Below, piece by piece: positions 25,431 through 34,481 of a stretch of DNA of 64,000 nt. Position numbers and translations under genes: made by a program. The notes beneath the pieces were generated by a model. It was not told where the DNA came from. It ran no database searches and saw only the letters and a program-made list of their open reading frames with translations. This DNA is from an uncultured Trueperaceae bacterium (GTDB lineage Bacteria > Deinococcota > Deinococci > Deinococcales > Trueperaceae): assembly GCA_963815215.1 (NCBI GenBank), contig CAWFFU010000012.1, forward strand, positions 34,177-98,176. The letters run 5' to 3'. Within the stretch, counting starts at the first letter, position 1; the number at the start of each line of letters is the position of its first letter.

Positions 25431-26354
25431 ATGAGCCTGGTGCTCGTCATCCTCGGCGTCGTGCTCCTCTACTCCGGGGGCGAGGTCCTGGTGCGCTCCG
25501 CCAGCGCCTTGGCGTCGCGGCTGGGCGTGCGGCCCATGGTCATCGGGCTGACGGTGGTGGCGTTCGGGACCAGCGCTCCGGAGCTGGCGGCCAGCCTGAC
25601 CGCGGCCCTCTCGGGCACGCCGGAGATCGCGATCGGCAACGTGGTGGGCTCGAACATCGCCAACGTGGGGTTGATCCTCGGCCTCACGGCGATGGTGTAC
25701 CCGCTGGTGACCGGCAGCCGTTTCGTGCGGCGCGAGGTGCCGCTGATGTTGCTGATCACCGCGCTGCTGGTGCCGGTGCTGTGGGATGGGGCCGTGCTGC
25801 GCTGGGAGGGCGGGATCCTGCTGGCGCTCCTGGCGGGTTTCCTGTGGGTCATCACGCGGACGGGCTCGACCGTGCTGGAGGAGAGCCGGGATGTCCCTGC
25901 CCGGAGCATGCCGGCGTGGCTGGGGTTGCTCGGCACGGCGGCCGGCATCGCGCTGCTGACGTTCGGTGCCCGCGCCCTGGTGGGCGGGGCCGTGCAGATC
26001 GCCACCAGCTTCGGCATCTCGCAGCGCGTGATCGGCCTCACCCTGGTGGCGGTGGGCACCAGCCTTCCCGAGCTCGCCAGCAGCATGGTGGCGGCCATGC
26101 GCCGCGAGACGGACATCATCCTCGGCAATATCGTGGGCTCCAACGTGTTCAACCTGCTGGCCGTGCTCGGCACCACCGCGCTGGTGCAGCCGATCCGCTT
26201 CGACGGCGCCGGCGCCACCGTCGACATCGCGGTGATGGCGCTGTTCAGCGTGGCGTTGCTGCCGCTCATGTGGCGCGGTGAACGGCTGGGGCGTACGGCC
26301 GGGTTCCTCCTGCTGGTCGGCTACGCGGTGTACATCTTCACGTTGGTGGCGTGA
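25431..26354 (+). CDS. CaCA-family Na+/Ca2+ antiporter (YrbG-like)
   Basis: Two alpha-repeat motifs: GTSAPELAAS...GNVVGSNIAN and GTSLPELASS...GNIVGSNVFN. Confidence 0.85.
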   Translation: MSLVLVILGVVLLYSGGEVLVRSASALASRLGVRPMVIGLTVVAFGTSAPELAASLTAALSGTPEIAIGNVVGSNIANVGLILGLTAMVYPLVTGSRFVRREVPLMLLITALLVPVLWDGAVLRWEGGILLALLAGFLWVITRTGSTVLEESRDVPARSMPAWLGLLGTAAGIALLTFGARALVGGAVQIATSFGISQRVIGLTLVAVGTSLPELASSMVAAMRRETDIILGNIVGSNVFNLLAVLGTTALVQPIRFDGAGATVDIAVMALFSVALLPLMWRGERLGRTAGFLLLVGYAVYIFTLVA

Positions 26355-26387
26355 GCGCGACGGGCCCGTACGCTTCCGGCGCGCGCG

Positions 26388-27089
26388 TCATGTCGGGGCG
26401 TCGCTCCGCAGGAAGCGCTCGAAGTACGCCAGCGTCCGCCGCCAGGCGTCCTCCGAGGCGGCGGGGTCGTAGCTGCGCGGGTTGCTGTCGTTGAAGAACG
26501 AGTGGCGGGCGCCGGGGTAGATCTCGATGTCGTGGTCGATGCCGGCGTCGTCCAGCGCCCGGTCGAGGCGCCGGCCCATGGGGGCCGTGAAATCGCTACC
26601 GGGGTAGGAGCCCACCACCGGACAGAGGCGCTCGACGGCTGTGAAGGGCCGCGGGTTCTGGGCGTAGAACGGCGCGATGGCCTTCAGACGGTCGTCACCG
26701 GCTGCCCAGGCGATGGCGAACGACCCGCCCATGCAGAAGCCGACCGCGCCGAGGCTCCCGGCCGCGACCTCGGGCCGAGCCGCGAGCCAGTCGAGCGTGC
26801 GTCGCAGGTCGCGGATGCCCTGGTGTTCCAGGGAGTTCAGCAACAGACCGCTCATGAAGCGCGCCATGCACAACGCGCGGTTGCGGCCGGCGAACAGGTC
26901 CACGGCCAGCGCCGCGTAGCCTTCGGCCGCGAAGCGGTCGGCCACCTCGCGGATGGAGTCGTTCAGGCCGAAGATCTCGTGGACGACCACCAGGGCCGGG
27001 TGGGGCCCGTCGCCCGCGGGCAGGGCCAGATGACCCGTCAGCGTCGTACCTTCGCCGGGCAGCGTGACGTCGATGGCGCGAGTCTGCAT
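26388..27089 (-). CDS. dienelactone hydrolase family protein
   Basis: 233 aa counted from MQTRAIDV. ...PALVVVHEIFGLND..., the nucleophile motif GFCMGG, and a C-terminal ...YPGARHSF. Confidence 0.8.
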   Translation of the reverse strand: MQTRAIDVTLPGEGTTLTGHLALPAGDGPHPALVVVHEIFGLNDSIREVADRFAAEGYAALAVDLFAGRNRALCMARFMSGLLLNSLEHQGIRDLRRTLDWLAARPEVAAGSLGAVGFCMGGSFAIAWAAGDDRLKAIAPFYAQNPRPFTAVERLCPVVGSYPGSDFTAPMGRRLDRALDDAGIDHDIEIYPGARHSFFNDSNPRSYDPAASEDAWRRTLAYFERFLRSDAPT

Positions 27090-27097
27090 ACCGATCC

Positions 27098-27475
27098 CTA
27101 GCCGACCTCGGCGATCGCCTCGATCTCGATGCCCACGTCCTTGGGGAGTCTCGCTACCTGCACGGCGCTGCGCGCCGGCGGCTCGGCCGAGAAGTAGCTG
27201 CCGTACACCTCGTTGACGGCCGCGAAGTCGTTCATGTCGGCCAGGAAGCAGGTGCACTTGACGGCGCGCTCGAGGCTCGAGCCGCCGGCCTCCAGCACCG
27301 CTCTGAGGTTCTCCATCACCTGGCGCGTCTGCGTGCGGATGTCACCCTCGACCAGCGTGCCGTCGGGCGTGAGCGGGATCTGGCCGGCGGTGAACAGCAG
27401 CCCGCCGACACGAACGGCCTGCGAGTAGGGGCCCACGGCGGCCGGAGCGGTGTCTGTCTTCACGACGGTTCTCAT
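27098..27475 (-). CDS. ridA: RidA/YjgF-family reactive intermediate deaminase
   Basis: 125 aa. APAAVGPYSQAV..., ...ARSAVQVARLPKDVGIEIEAIA. Confidence 0.9.
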   Translation of the reverse strand: MRTVVKTDTAPAAVGPYSQAVRVGGLLFTAGQIPLTPDGTLVEGDIRTQTRQVMENLRAVLEAGGSSLERAVKCTCFLADMNDFAAVNEVYGSYFSAEPPARSAVQVARLPKDVGIEIEAIAEVG

Positions 27476-27482
27476 GGGTCTT

Positions 27483-27491
27483 AGCCTAGCA
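27483..27491 (-). promoter_or_regulatory. extended -10 TGC-TAGGCT, leaderless-type, for ridA
   Basis: The minus strand reads TGCTAGGCT, then 7 nt, then ATG (27475). Confidence 0.45.
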
Positions 27492-27526
27492 GGGGCACGG
27501 GCGCCGGCCGTTGCCGCCCATGACCG

Positions 27527-28510
27527 TCAGCCCCGCCACAGGCTGAACAGAAGGAACAGCAGCAGCAGGTAGAGCGACCCAAGGATCCAGATGCGGTAGG
27601 GGTACCAGGGGTGCCTGCGAATCCTGCCGAGCGGGCCGGTGGCCGGGTACTCGTCCTCGATGCGGCGGATGCCGCTCATGGTGTCGCTGATGTCGACCGA
27701 CTCGGAGCCGGCGGCCACTTCGGGGAGGGAGTAGCGTTTGGGCCGCGGCTCCACCGCCCGGACCTCCACCACCACCGCGGTGACGTTGTCCGGTGCGCCG
27801 CGGTCGTTGGCTTCGGCGATGAGCTGGCGCGCCGCCTGTTCCGGTTCGGCCTCGGTGACGATCTGTTGCAGCATCGTTTCGGACAACAGCATGCTCACGC
27901 CGTCGCTCAGCAACAGGATGCGGTCGCCGGGCCGGACCTCGAAGTGGAGCACGTCGAGCCGGAACGTGGCGGTGGCGCCCAGAGCGTTGGTGATGACGTT
28001 GCGCCAGCGGTGCCGGCGCGCCTCGTCGGCGGTGAGCAACCCCTGCCGCACGCGGTCGGCGACCCAGCTGTGGTCGGCGGTGAGCTGGAGGATCTCGCCG
28101 GCGCGGACCAGGTAGGCGCGCGAATCGCCCACGTGGCCGATGAGGCCGACCTGATCGTCGAGGTAGACGGCGGTGAGGGTGGTGCCCATGCCGCGCACCT
28201 CGGGGTGCTCGGCGGCGTAGTCGTAGACCTCGAAGTTCGCCGTCTGGGCGGCCTTGGCCAGTGCAACCGGAGGGAGCAGGCGGCTGCGCTCGAGCTCGCG
28301 GCGCAGAACCTCGACCGCCTTGCGGCTGGCGATCTCGCCCGCCCGGTGGCCGCCCATGCCGTCGGCGACCACCGCGAGGTAGCCCATGCCCGGCACGCGC
28401 CCGACGTAGAAGCTGTCCTGGTTGACCTGCCTGACGCGCCCTTCCTCTGAGCGCCCAGCCCCCACGATCTGCGTGTCGGAAGGCGAGGGGGTGGGCTTCG
28501 GCGGTGACAT
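27527..28510 (-). CDS. PP2C-family Ser/Thr protein phosphatase with a C-terminal membrane anchor
   Basis: RVRQVNQDSF, VADGMGGHRAGEIAS, LLLSDGV and NDRGAPDNVTAVVV. C-terminal TM helix WILGSLYLLLLFLLF. Confidence 0.85.
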   Translation of the reverse strand: MSPPKPTPSPSDTQIVGAGRSEEGRVRQVNQDSFYVGRVPGMGYLAVVADGMGGHRAGEIASRKAVEVLRRELERSRLLPPVALAKAAQTANFEVYDYAAEHPEVRGMGTTLTAVYLDDQVGLIGHVGDSRAYLVRAGEILQLTADHSWVADRVRQGLLTADEARRHRWRNVITNALGATATFRLDVLHFEVRPGDRILLLSDGVSMLLSETMLQQIVTEAEPEQAARQLIAEANDRGAPDNVTAVVVEVRAVEPRPKRYSLPEVAAGSESVDISDTMSGIRRIEDEYPATGPLGRIRRHPWYPYRIWILGSLYLLLLFLLFSLWRG

Positions 28511-28518
28511 GCCCGTCC

Positions 28519-28524
28519 ATTCTA
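28519..28524 (-). promoter_or_regulatory. -10 TAGAAT, near-leaderless, for the PP2C gene
   Basis: The minus strand reads TAGAAT, then 8 nt, then ATG (28510). Confidence 0.4.
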
Positions 28525-28602
28525 GCCACCCGTGGCGCCGGCGTCACGATGAAACAGCGCACTCGAAGCCCGTGCGGGACGTACCTCCTGCTGAGTGCCT
28601 CT

Positions 28603-28610
28603 GGTATGCT
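28603..28610 (+). promoter_or_regulatory. extended -10 TGGTATGCT, leaderless-type, for gatA
   Basis: TGGTATGCT, then 7 nt, then ATG (28618). Confidence 0.5.
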
Positions 28611-28617
28611 CGGCGGC

Positions 28618-30132
28618 ATGACGAGCGCCTGGGAGTTGGCCCGCGAGGTGCGCGCAGGCAGGCGAAGCGCGGCAGGCGTGGTCGAGAACGCTCTGAGACG
28701 TGCCGAGGCGGCGGCGCCTCTGAACGCGCTGCTGACCGTCGCCGCCGACCGCGCCCGCGAGCGTGCGCGGTCGGTCGACGCCACGGTGGCGGCGGGCGAC
28801 GATCCGGGGCCGCTGGCGGGCGTCCCGCTGGTGGTGAAGGACAACCTGTGCCTGGAAGGGGTGCGCACCACTGCGGGCTCGCGGAGCCTGGAGGGGTTCG
28901 TACCGCCATACAGCGCGACCGCGGTGGAGCGGCTCGAGCGGGCCGGTGCGATCGTCATCGCCAAGGCCAACCTGGACGAGTTCGGGATGGGCTCGAGCAA
29001 CGAGAACTCGGCCTTCGGCCCGGTGCGCAACCCGTGGGATCCGGAGCGCGTACCCGGCGGCTCATCGGGCGGCTCGGCGGCCGCCGTCGCTGCAGGGGTC
29101 GTACCGCTGGCGCTCGGCACCGACACCGGCGGCTCGGTGCGTCTTCCCGCCGCATTCTGCGGTGTGCTGGGCGTCAAGCCCACCTACGGCCGGGTCTCCC
29201 GTTACGGGCTCATCGCCTACGCCAGCTCGCTCGATCACATCGGCGTGTTGAGCCGCAGCAGCCGCGACGCGGCGTTGGCGCTGGCGGTCATGGCGGGCGT
29301 CGATGCCCGCGACGGTACCAGTCTGGAGGCCGACACGGACGCGTTGCGTGCCGTGGCGGGCCTGGCCGCGGATGGGCAGTCCTCCGCCGCGCCGGTGGCG
29401 GCCGACGGCGGAGGCGCCGGCGACCTGCGGGGCGTGCGGGTGGCGGTGGTGCGGGAGCTGTCCGGCGCGGGCAACGCTTCCGGTGTCCTGCAGGGCCTGG
29501 AGCGTACGGTCGCGGCGTTACGCGCGCTCGGCGCCGAGGTGGTCGAGGCGAGTGTGCCGAGCGTCGAACACGCCGTGGCCGCGTACTACCTGGTGGCCAC
29601 GGCCGAGGCGAGCAGCAACCTCGCCCGCTACGACGGCATGATCTATAGCACGCGCGAGGGCGAGGATTTCGAGGGCCAGGAGGCCGTCATGCGGCGCTCG
29701 CGCGGCCTCACCCTCGGCCGCGAGGTGCGCCGGCGCGTGCTGATGGGCAGCTTCGCGCTGTCGGCCGGCTACTACGATGCCTACTACGGTAAGGCCCTCA
29801 AGGTGCGCCGCGTCATCGCCGACGACCTGGCGCGCGCCTTCGAGGGCGCCGATCTGCTGCTCACGCCGACCGCGCCGAGCGCCGCCTACCGGTTGGGCGA
29901 GAAGGTCGACGATCCGCTGGCGATGTACCTGGGCGACGTCTGCACCTGCCTGGCGAACCTCTCCGGCCTGCCGGCCGTCAGCGTACCTGCCGGACGCACC
30001 GAGGAGGGCTTGCCGACCGGCGTGCAGCTGATGGCTCCCGCGCTGCAGGAGGCGCTCCTGCTGCGTGTGAGCGCCGCGCTCGAGGCGCGCGCGGGCGACG
30101 CCTTCGCGCCGCTGGCGCCGCGCGCCGCCTGA
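28618..30132 (+). CDS. gatA: Asp-tRNA(Asn)/Glu-tRNA(Gln) amidotransferase subunit A
   Basis: Amidase signature ...GGSSGGSAAAVAAG...ALGTDTGGSVRLPAAFCG. The start is set at MTSAWELA. Confidence 0.95.
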   Translation: MTSAWELAREVRAGRRSAAGVVENALRRAEAAAPLNALLTVAADRARERARSVDATVAAGDDPGPLAGVPLVVKDNLCLEGVRTTAGSRSLEGFVPPYSATAVERLERAGAIVIAKANLDEFGMGSSNENSAFGPVRNPWDPERVPGGSSGGSAAAVAAGVVPLALGTDTGGSVRLPAAFCGVLGVKPTYGRVSRYGLIAYASSLDHIGVLSRSSRDAALALAVMAGVDARDGTSLEADTDALRAVAGLAADGQSSAAPVAADGGGAGDLRGVRVAVVRELSGAGNASGVLQGLERTVAALRALGAEVVEASVPSVEHAVAAYYLVATAEASSNLARYDGMIYSTREGEDFEGQEAVMRRSRGLTLGREVRRRVLMGSFALSAGYYDAYYGKALKVRRVIADDLARAFEGADLLLTPTAPSAAYRLGEKVDDPLAMYLGDVCTCLANLSGLPAVSVPAGRTEEGLPTGVQLMAPALQEALLLRVSAALEARAGDAFAPLAPRAA

Positions 30133-30152
30133 GGTCGCCGCGCGCGGCGACC

Positions 30153-31310
30153 TCAGGCCTCGAACAGCTCCCTCGGGAAGTCGGTCAGCACCTCGCAGCC
30201 GTCCTCGGTCACGCGGACGGTCTCGCTGCACCCCACGCCGCCCTTGCCCGGGATCTGGACCCACGGCAGCAGGTGGAAGGTCATGTTGTGTTGCAGCGGT
30301 CGCCCCTCGCCGGGCTTCATGCTGAGGATCTGCCCCTCGCCCCAGTCGGGGGGCACCGCGATGCCGATGGAGTAGGCGGTGCGGGACGCCTGGTTGTCGC
30401 CGAAGCCGGCGTCGGCGATGAGGGTGCGGCACACGCGGTCGACCTCGCCGGCCGGCACGCCCGGACGGATGGCGTGCGTAGCGGCCTCGACGGCTTGCAC
30501 CACCACCTCGAAGGCGCGCTTCAGCTCCGGGTCGGCGTGCCCCACCACCACGGTCCGCATCATCGCGGCGTGGTAGCGATTGCGGCAGCCGCCGACCTCC
30601 AGGAATACGCTGTCGTGATCCTGGATGGTGCGCCCCTTCCAGGTGGCGTGGCCGATGGCGCCGCGCTCGCCGGAGGCGATGAAGGGCACGATCGACGGCC
30701 AGTGGCTGCCTCCGCGGATGAGCGCGGCCATCAGCTCGGCCGCGACCTCGTCCTCGGTGCGGCCGCTCGCCACGGCGTTCACGCCCGCCCGCATGGCGAC
30801 GGCGGCGGCGGCCGCGGCGTGCCGGATCTGCTCGACCTCCACGTCGGACTTGACCAGTCGCAGCCGCTCGACGAGCCCCGAGACGTCCACGAAGGTGGCG
30901 GCGGGAAGCGCGCCGAGCAAGCGCCGCTGCTGCGAGGCCGTGAAGAACCAGCAGTCCTGTTCGTAGCCCACTCGCGCGTTCGCCAGACCGCTCTCGATCA
31001 GGCGTGCGGCCAGCGTGGCCATGTTGTCGTCGCTGTCGAAGTAGCTGTAGTTGAGTTCGAGCCAGGTTCCGTCCTCGATCCCGCTCGTCTCCAACAGGCG
31101 CGAGAAGGTGAAGGGCTCGCCCCGGAGCGGCACCACCAGCGCTTGGAACCAGTAGTGGCCGGGCGAGTCGAAGCCGGTGAGGTAGGTGATGTTCTCCGGC
31201 GTGGTGGTCAATACGGCGTCGAGCTCCTGCACCGCCATCACGCCGCGCAGGGCGGCCAGCCGTCGCCGGTACTCCTGCATGGGAAAGACGAGGTCGTCGC
31301 GCTGACGCAT
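30153..31310 (-). CDS. M24-family (creatinase/prolidase fold) hydrolase, candidate ectoine hydrolase DoeA/EutD-like
   Basis: 385 aa with a creatinase-like N-domain plus pita-bread domain. The canonical M24 Asp-Asp metal ligands appear replaced (VFLEVGG...RYHAAMMRT). It is divergent from the GntR/Ehu/Eut-like operon. Confidence 0.7.
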   Translation of the reverse strand: MRQRDDLVFPMQEYRRRLAALRGVMAVQELDAVLTTTPENITYLTGFDSPGHYWFQALVVPLRGEPFTFSRLLETSGIEDGTWLELNYSYFDSDDNMATLAARLIESGLANARVGYEQDCWFFTASQQRRLLGALPAATFVDVSGLVERLRLVKSDVEVEQIRHAAAAAAVAMRAGVNAVASGRTEDEVAAELMAALIRGGSHWPSIVPFIASGERGAIGHATWKGRTIQDHDSVFLEVGGCRNRYHAAMMRTVVVGHADPELKRAFEVVVQAVEAATHAIRPGVPAGEVDRVCRTLIADAGFGDNQASRTAYSIGIAVPPDWGEGQILSMKPGEGRPLQHNMTFHLLPWVQIPGKGGVGCSETVRVTEDGCEVLTDFPRELFEA

Positions 31311-31340
31311 CCATCGGTCCCTTCCGCCCGCGGCCCGAGG

Positions 31341-31370
31341 TTGACAACCTCTCGGCGGGGCGCGTACACT
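31341..31370 (+). promoter_or_regulatory. sigma-70-type promoter (TTGACA, 18 nt, TACACT) for the GntR-led operon
   Basis: Exact -35 TTGACA at 31341-31346 and -10 TACACT at 31365-31370. Confidence 0.6.
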
Positions 31371-31383
31371 CTCGATGTCTACA

Positions 31384-31397
31384 ACTTGTATACAAGT
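31384..31397. promoter_or_regulatory. perfect 14-bp palindrome ACTTGTATACAAGT, candidate GntR-family operator
   Basis: It lies 14 nt downstream of the -10 and fits the GntR/FadR-type operator pattern (GT-Nx-AC core). A second half-site-like GTCTAC sits at 31377-31382. Confidence 0.55.
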
Positions 31398-31503
31398 GCT
31401 CTGTCACCCGCATTCTAGGTCTCTTGTTCCCTGCGGGTCAACCATCATCGGGGCAAGCGGCCACCCGCCCCGGTCCTCGCTGAGGGAAGGCATTCGCAAG
31501 ACT

Positions 31504-32190
31504 ATGCATCCACGCGAAACCGTCGAGCGCCCTCGCGGCGTCGTCATCATCTACCGCGAGCTGCGCGACCGGATCTGCCTGCTGCATTACCCACCGGGAG
31601 CGATGCTGAGCGAGAACGCGCTGGCGGAGGAGTTCGGCGTGAGCCGCACGCCCATCCGGCAGGCGCTGCAACGCCTGGAGTTCGAGGGTCTGGTGGTGAG
31701 TCGGCACGGGGTGGGCACCATGGTCACCACCGTCGACCTGCGGTACCTGCGGGAGGTCTACGCCCTGCGCCTGAAGCTGATCGACCTGATCGGTGAGATC
31801 CCTCCGGCACGCATCACCCACGGCGACCTCGACATCCTGGCGGAGCTGGCGGCCGAGGCGCGCGAGCTGCGGGGGAAGCGCGGGCCGCAGGCTCTGGCGC
31901 GCGTCTACTACCGCTTCAACGAGGAGCTCTCACGCGCCACCGGCAACCAGCCGCTGCGGGAGATCGCCGACCGGCTGTTCTGGCAGACGGCGCGGGTGTG
32001 GCTCCAACTGCTGCCGGAGATGACCTGGGAGAACGAGGTGGACATCATCGTGGACGAGATCGAGAGCGTGCTTCAGGCGCTCAGGCGCGAGGACATGCAG
32101 GGTGTGGCGGCGGTCCGCCGCAAGCACATGGTGCTCTGTCTGGGTCGCGTCAACAGCTATCTGGAAGGTCCTATCTTGGCCCTGCCGTGA
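31504..32190 (+). CDS. GntR-family transcriptional regulator (FadR/FCD-type C-terminal domain)
   Basis: wHTH ...LSENALAEEFGVSRTPIRQALQRLEFEGLV... and a helical C-domain. The start is set at MHPRETVE. Confidence 0.85.
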   Translation: MHPRETVERPRGVVIIYRELRDRICLLHYPPGAMLSENALAEEFGVSRTPIRQALQRLEFEGLVVSRHGVGTMVTTVDLRYLREVYALRLKLIDLIGEIPPARITHGDLDILAELAAEARELRGKRGPQALARVYYRFNEELSRATGNQPLREIADRLFWQTARVWLQLLPEMTWENEVDIIVDEIESVLQALRREDMQGVAAVRRKHMVLCLGRVNSYLEGPILALP

Positions 32191-32235
32191 GGCGGGCCGA
32201 ACCGACGGCAACAGAGTTCGACTGGGAGGTCAAGG

Positions 32236-33450
32236 ATGACGAAGCGGCGTGAACCGGCGCTGGAAACGCTCGCCGTGTGGGCGGGCGAGGATCGACCCAC
32301 CATGCAGAGGGCGACGCAGGTGCCCGTGGTGCACAGCGTGTCCTTCGGCTACGACGATCTGGACGAATGGCGCGACGTCGCGCTCGGCAGGCGCGAGGGC
32401 CACATCTACGGCCGCAACACCAACCCCACGGTGCAGGCGTTCGAGGAGAAGGTGCGCCAACTCGAGGGAGGCGAAGCGGCGACGAGCTTCGCCACCGGCA
32501 TGGCGGCGATCAGCAACACCCTGTTCACGCTGCTGGCTCCCGGCCGGCGGGTGGTGTCGGTGAAGGACACCTACGGCGGCACCAACAAGATCTTCACCGA
32601 GTTCCTGCCGCGCTTCGGCGTCGAGGTGCAGCTCTGCGACACCGCCGACGTCGACGCCATCGAGGCCGAGGTGGCGAGGGGCTGCGACGTGCTCTACCTG
32701 GAGACCCCGACCAACCCCACCTGCAAGATCATGGACATCCGGCGGCTCGCCGACGCCGCCCGGCGCGTGGGCGCCACGGTGGTGGTCGACAACACCTTCG
32801 CCACCCCCATCAACCAGAACCCGCTCGCGCTCGGCGCGGACCTGGTCATTCACAGCGCGACCAAGTACCTGGGAGGTCATGCCGACGCGCTCGGCGGCGC
32901 CCTGGTGGGGTCGAAGGAGCTGGTGCACGACGTGTACCACTACCGCGAGATCAACGGCGCCACGCTCCACCCGGAGGCCGCCTACCTGCTTTTGCGCGGC
33001 ATGAAGACGCTCGGCCTGCGCATCGCTCGCCAGAACGCCAGCGCCCTGGCCGTCGCACGGCACCTCTCCGACCATCCCGCCGTCACGGCGGTGTTCTATC
33101 CGGGCCTGGAGAGCCACCCCAACCACGACGTGGCCGAGCGCCAGATGCGGGGCTACGGCGGCATGCTGTCGTTCCAGCTCGAGGGCGGCTTCGAGGCCGT
33201 CAAGATCTTCCTGCCGCGCCTGCGTTTCGCGCATCGGGCGGCCAACCTGGGGACCGTGGAGACCGTGGTGGCGCCTCCGGCGACCGGCAGCCACGTCGAG
33301 TTGACGGCCGAGGAGCGTGCCGCCATGGGTATCCCCGAGAGCCTGGTGCGCTACTCGGTGGGCATCGAGGACGTCCACGATCTCATCGACGACCTGGATC
33401 AGGCGCTGGCCCATACCGTCGAGCGGATCGGTGCAGGGGCGGCCGGATGA
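32236..33450 (+). CDS. Cys/Met-metabolism PLP-dependent enzyme (cystathionine gamma-synthase/lyase, O-acylhomoserine sulfhydrylase family)
   Basis: 404 aa. ...IYGRNTNPT..., VVVDNTFATP, HSATKYLGGH (PLP lysine) and a C-terminal ...VRYSVGIED. Confidence 0.85.
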   Translation: MTKRREPALETLAVWAGEDRPTMQRATQVPVVHSVSFGYDDLDEWRDVALGRREGHIYGRNTNPTVQAFEEKVRQLEGGEAATSFATGMAAISNTLFTLLAPGRRVVSVKDTYGGTNKIFTEFLPRFGVEVQLCDTADVDAIEAEVARGCDVLYLETPTNPTCKIMDIRRLADAARRVGATVVVDNTFATPINQNPLALGADLVIHSATKYLGGHADALGGALVGSKELVHDVYHYREINGATLHPEAAYLLLRGMKTLGLRIARQNASALAVARHLSDHPAVTAVFYPGLESHPNHDVAERQMRGYGGMLSFQLEGGFEAVKIFLPRLRFAHRAANLGTVETVVAPPATGSHVELTAEERAAMGIPESLVRYSVGIEDVHDLIDDLDQALAHTVERIGAGAAG

Positions 33451-34478
33451 CCGTCACCCGTCTGGCCCTCATCGGTTTCGGTACCGTCGGGCAGGGGTTC
33501 GCGCAGATCCTGGCCGAGCGCGGTGAGGCGCTGGCCGAGCGCCACGGGCTCGAGTTGAGCATCACCGCGGTCAGCGACTTCAAGCGCGGCAGCGTCTACC
33601 GGGCGAAGGGCTTCGACCCCCGAGAGCTGCTGGACGCCGCCGACGCGCTCGAGGCGCTCGACGCCGACGCCAAGGGCTGGGACGCCATGACCACCATCCG
33701 GGAGTCGGGTGCCGACGTCGTCGCCGAGCTCAGCTTCACCGACCTGAAGACCGGCGAGCCGGCTCTGACCCATGTGCGCGAGGCGCTGACGCGCGGCATG
33801 GACGTGGTGACCACCAACAAGGGGCCCATCGCCCTGCGCTTCGCCGAGCTGCGCCGCCTCGCGGCCGAGCACGGCGCCGGCATCGGCGTGGAGGGCACGG
33901 TGATGAGCGGGACGCCCACGCTGGCGCTGGGCGCGGGCCTGCTGGCGGGCGCCGGCGTCAGCCGCATCCAGGGCATCCTGAACGGGACCACCAACTTCAT
34001 CCTCACGCGCATGGAGGCCGGACTCGACTTCGCCGCCGCGCTGGCCGAGGCGCAACGGCTGGGCTACGCCGAGGCCGATCCCAGCGGCGATGTCGATGGT
34101 GTCGACGCCGCCGGGAAGGTGGTGATCCTGGCCAACCTGGTCATGGACGCGCCCCTGGCGATGGACGACGTCACGCGCCAGGGGATCGGCGACATCACGC
34201 CGGCCGACATCGCCGCCGCCGCCGCTGCGGGTGAGCGCTGGAAGCTGCTCGGCAGCGTGGAGCGCGCGCCCGACGGTAGCGTGCGTGCCAGCGTGGGACC
34301 GCAGCGCGTGCCGCTGTCGCACCCGCTGGCGGGCATCGGGGGACCGACCAACGCCTGCACCTTCACCACCGACCTGCTGGACGACGTCACCATCGTCGGT
34401 CCCGGAGCGGGCCGCCTCGCCACGGGCTACGCGCTCGTCGAGGACCTGATCGCGCTGCGGAGCGGCGGGAGGCGCTGA
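33447..34478 (+). CDS. homoserine dehydrogenase-like oxidoreductase (no ACT domain)
   Basis: LIGFGTVGQG, VVTTNKGP, ILNGTTNFILTRM and GYAEADPSGDVDGVDAAGKVVILA. ATGA overlap with the upstream gene. Confidence 0.8.
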   Translation: MTVTRLALIGFGTVGQGFAQILAERGEALAERHGLELSITAVSDFKRGSVYRAKGFDPRELLDAADALEALDADAKGWDAMTTIRESGADVVAELSFTDLKTGEPALTHVREALTRGMDVVTTNKGPIALRFAELRRLAAEHGAGIGVEGTVMSGTPTLALGAGLLAGAGVSRIQGILNGTTNFILTRMEAGLDFAAALAEAQRLGYAEADPSGDVDGVDAAGKVVILANLVMDAPLAMDDVTRQGIGDITPADIAAAAAAGERWKLLGSVERAPDGSVRASVGPQRVPLSHPLAGIGGPTNACTFTTDLLDDVTIVGPGAGRLATGYALVEDLIALRSGGRR

Positions 34479-34481
34479 GCC

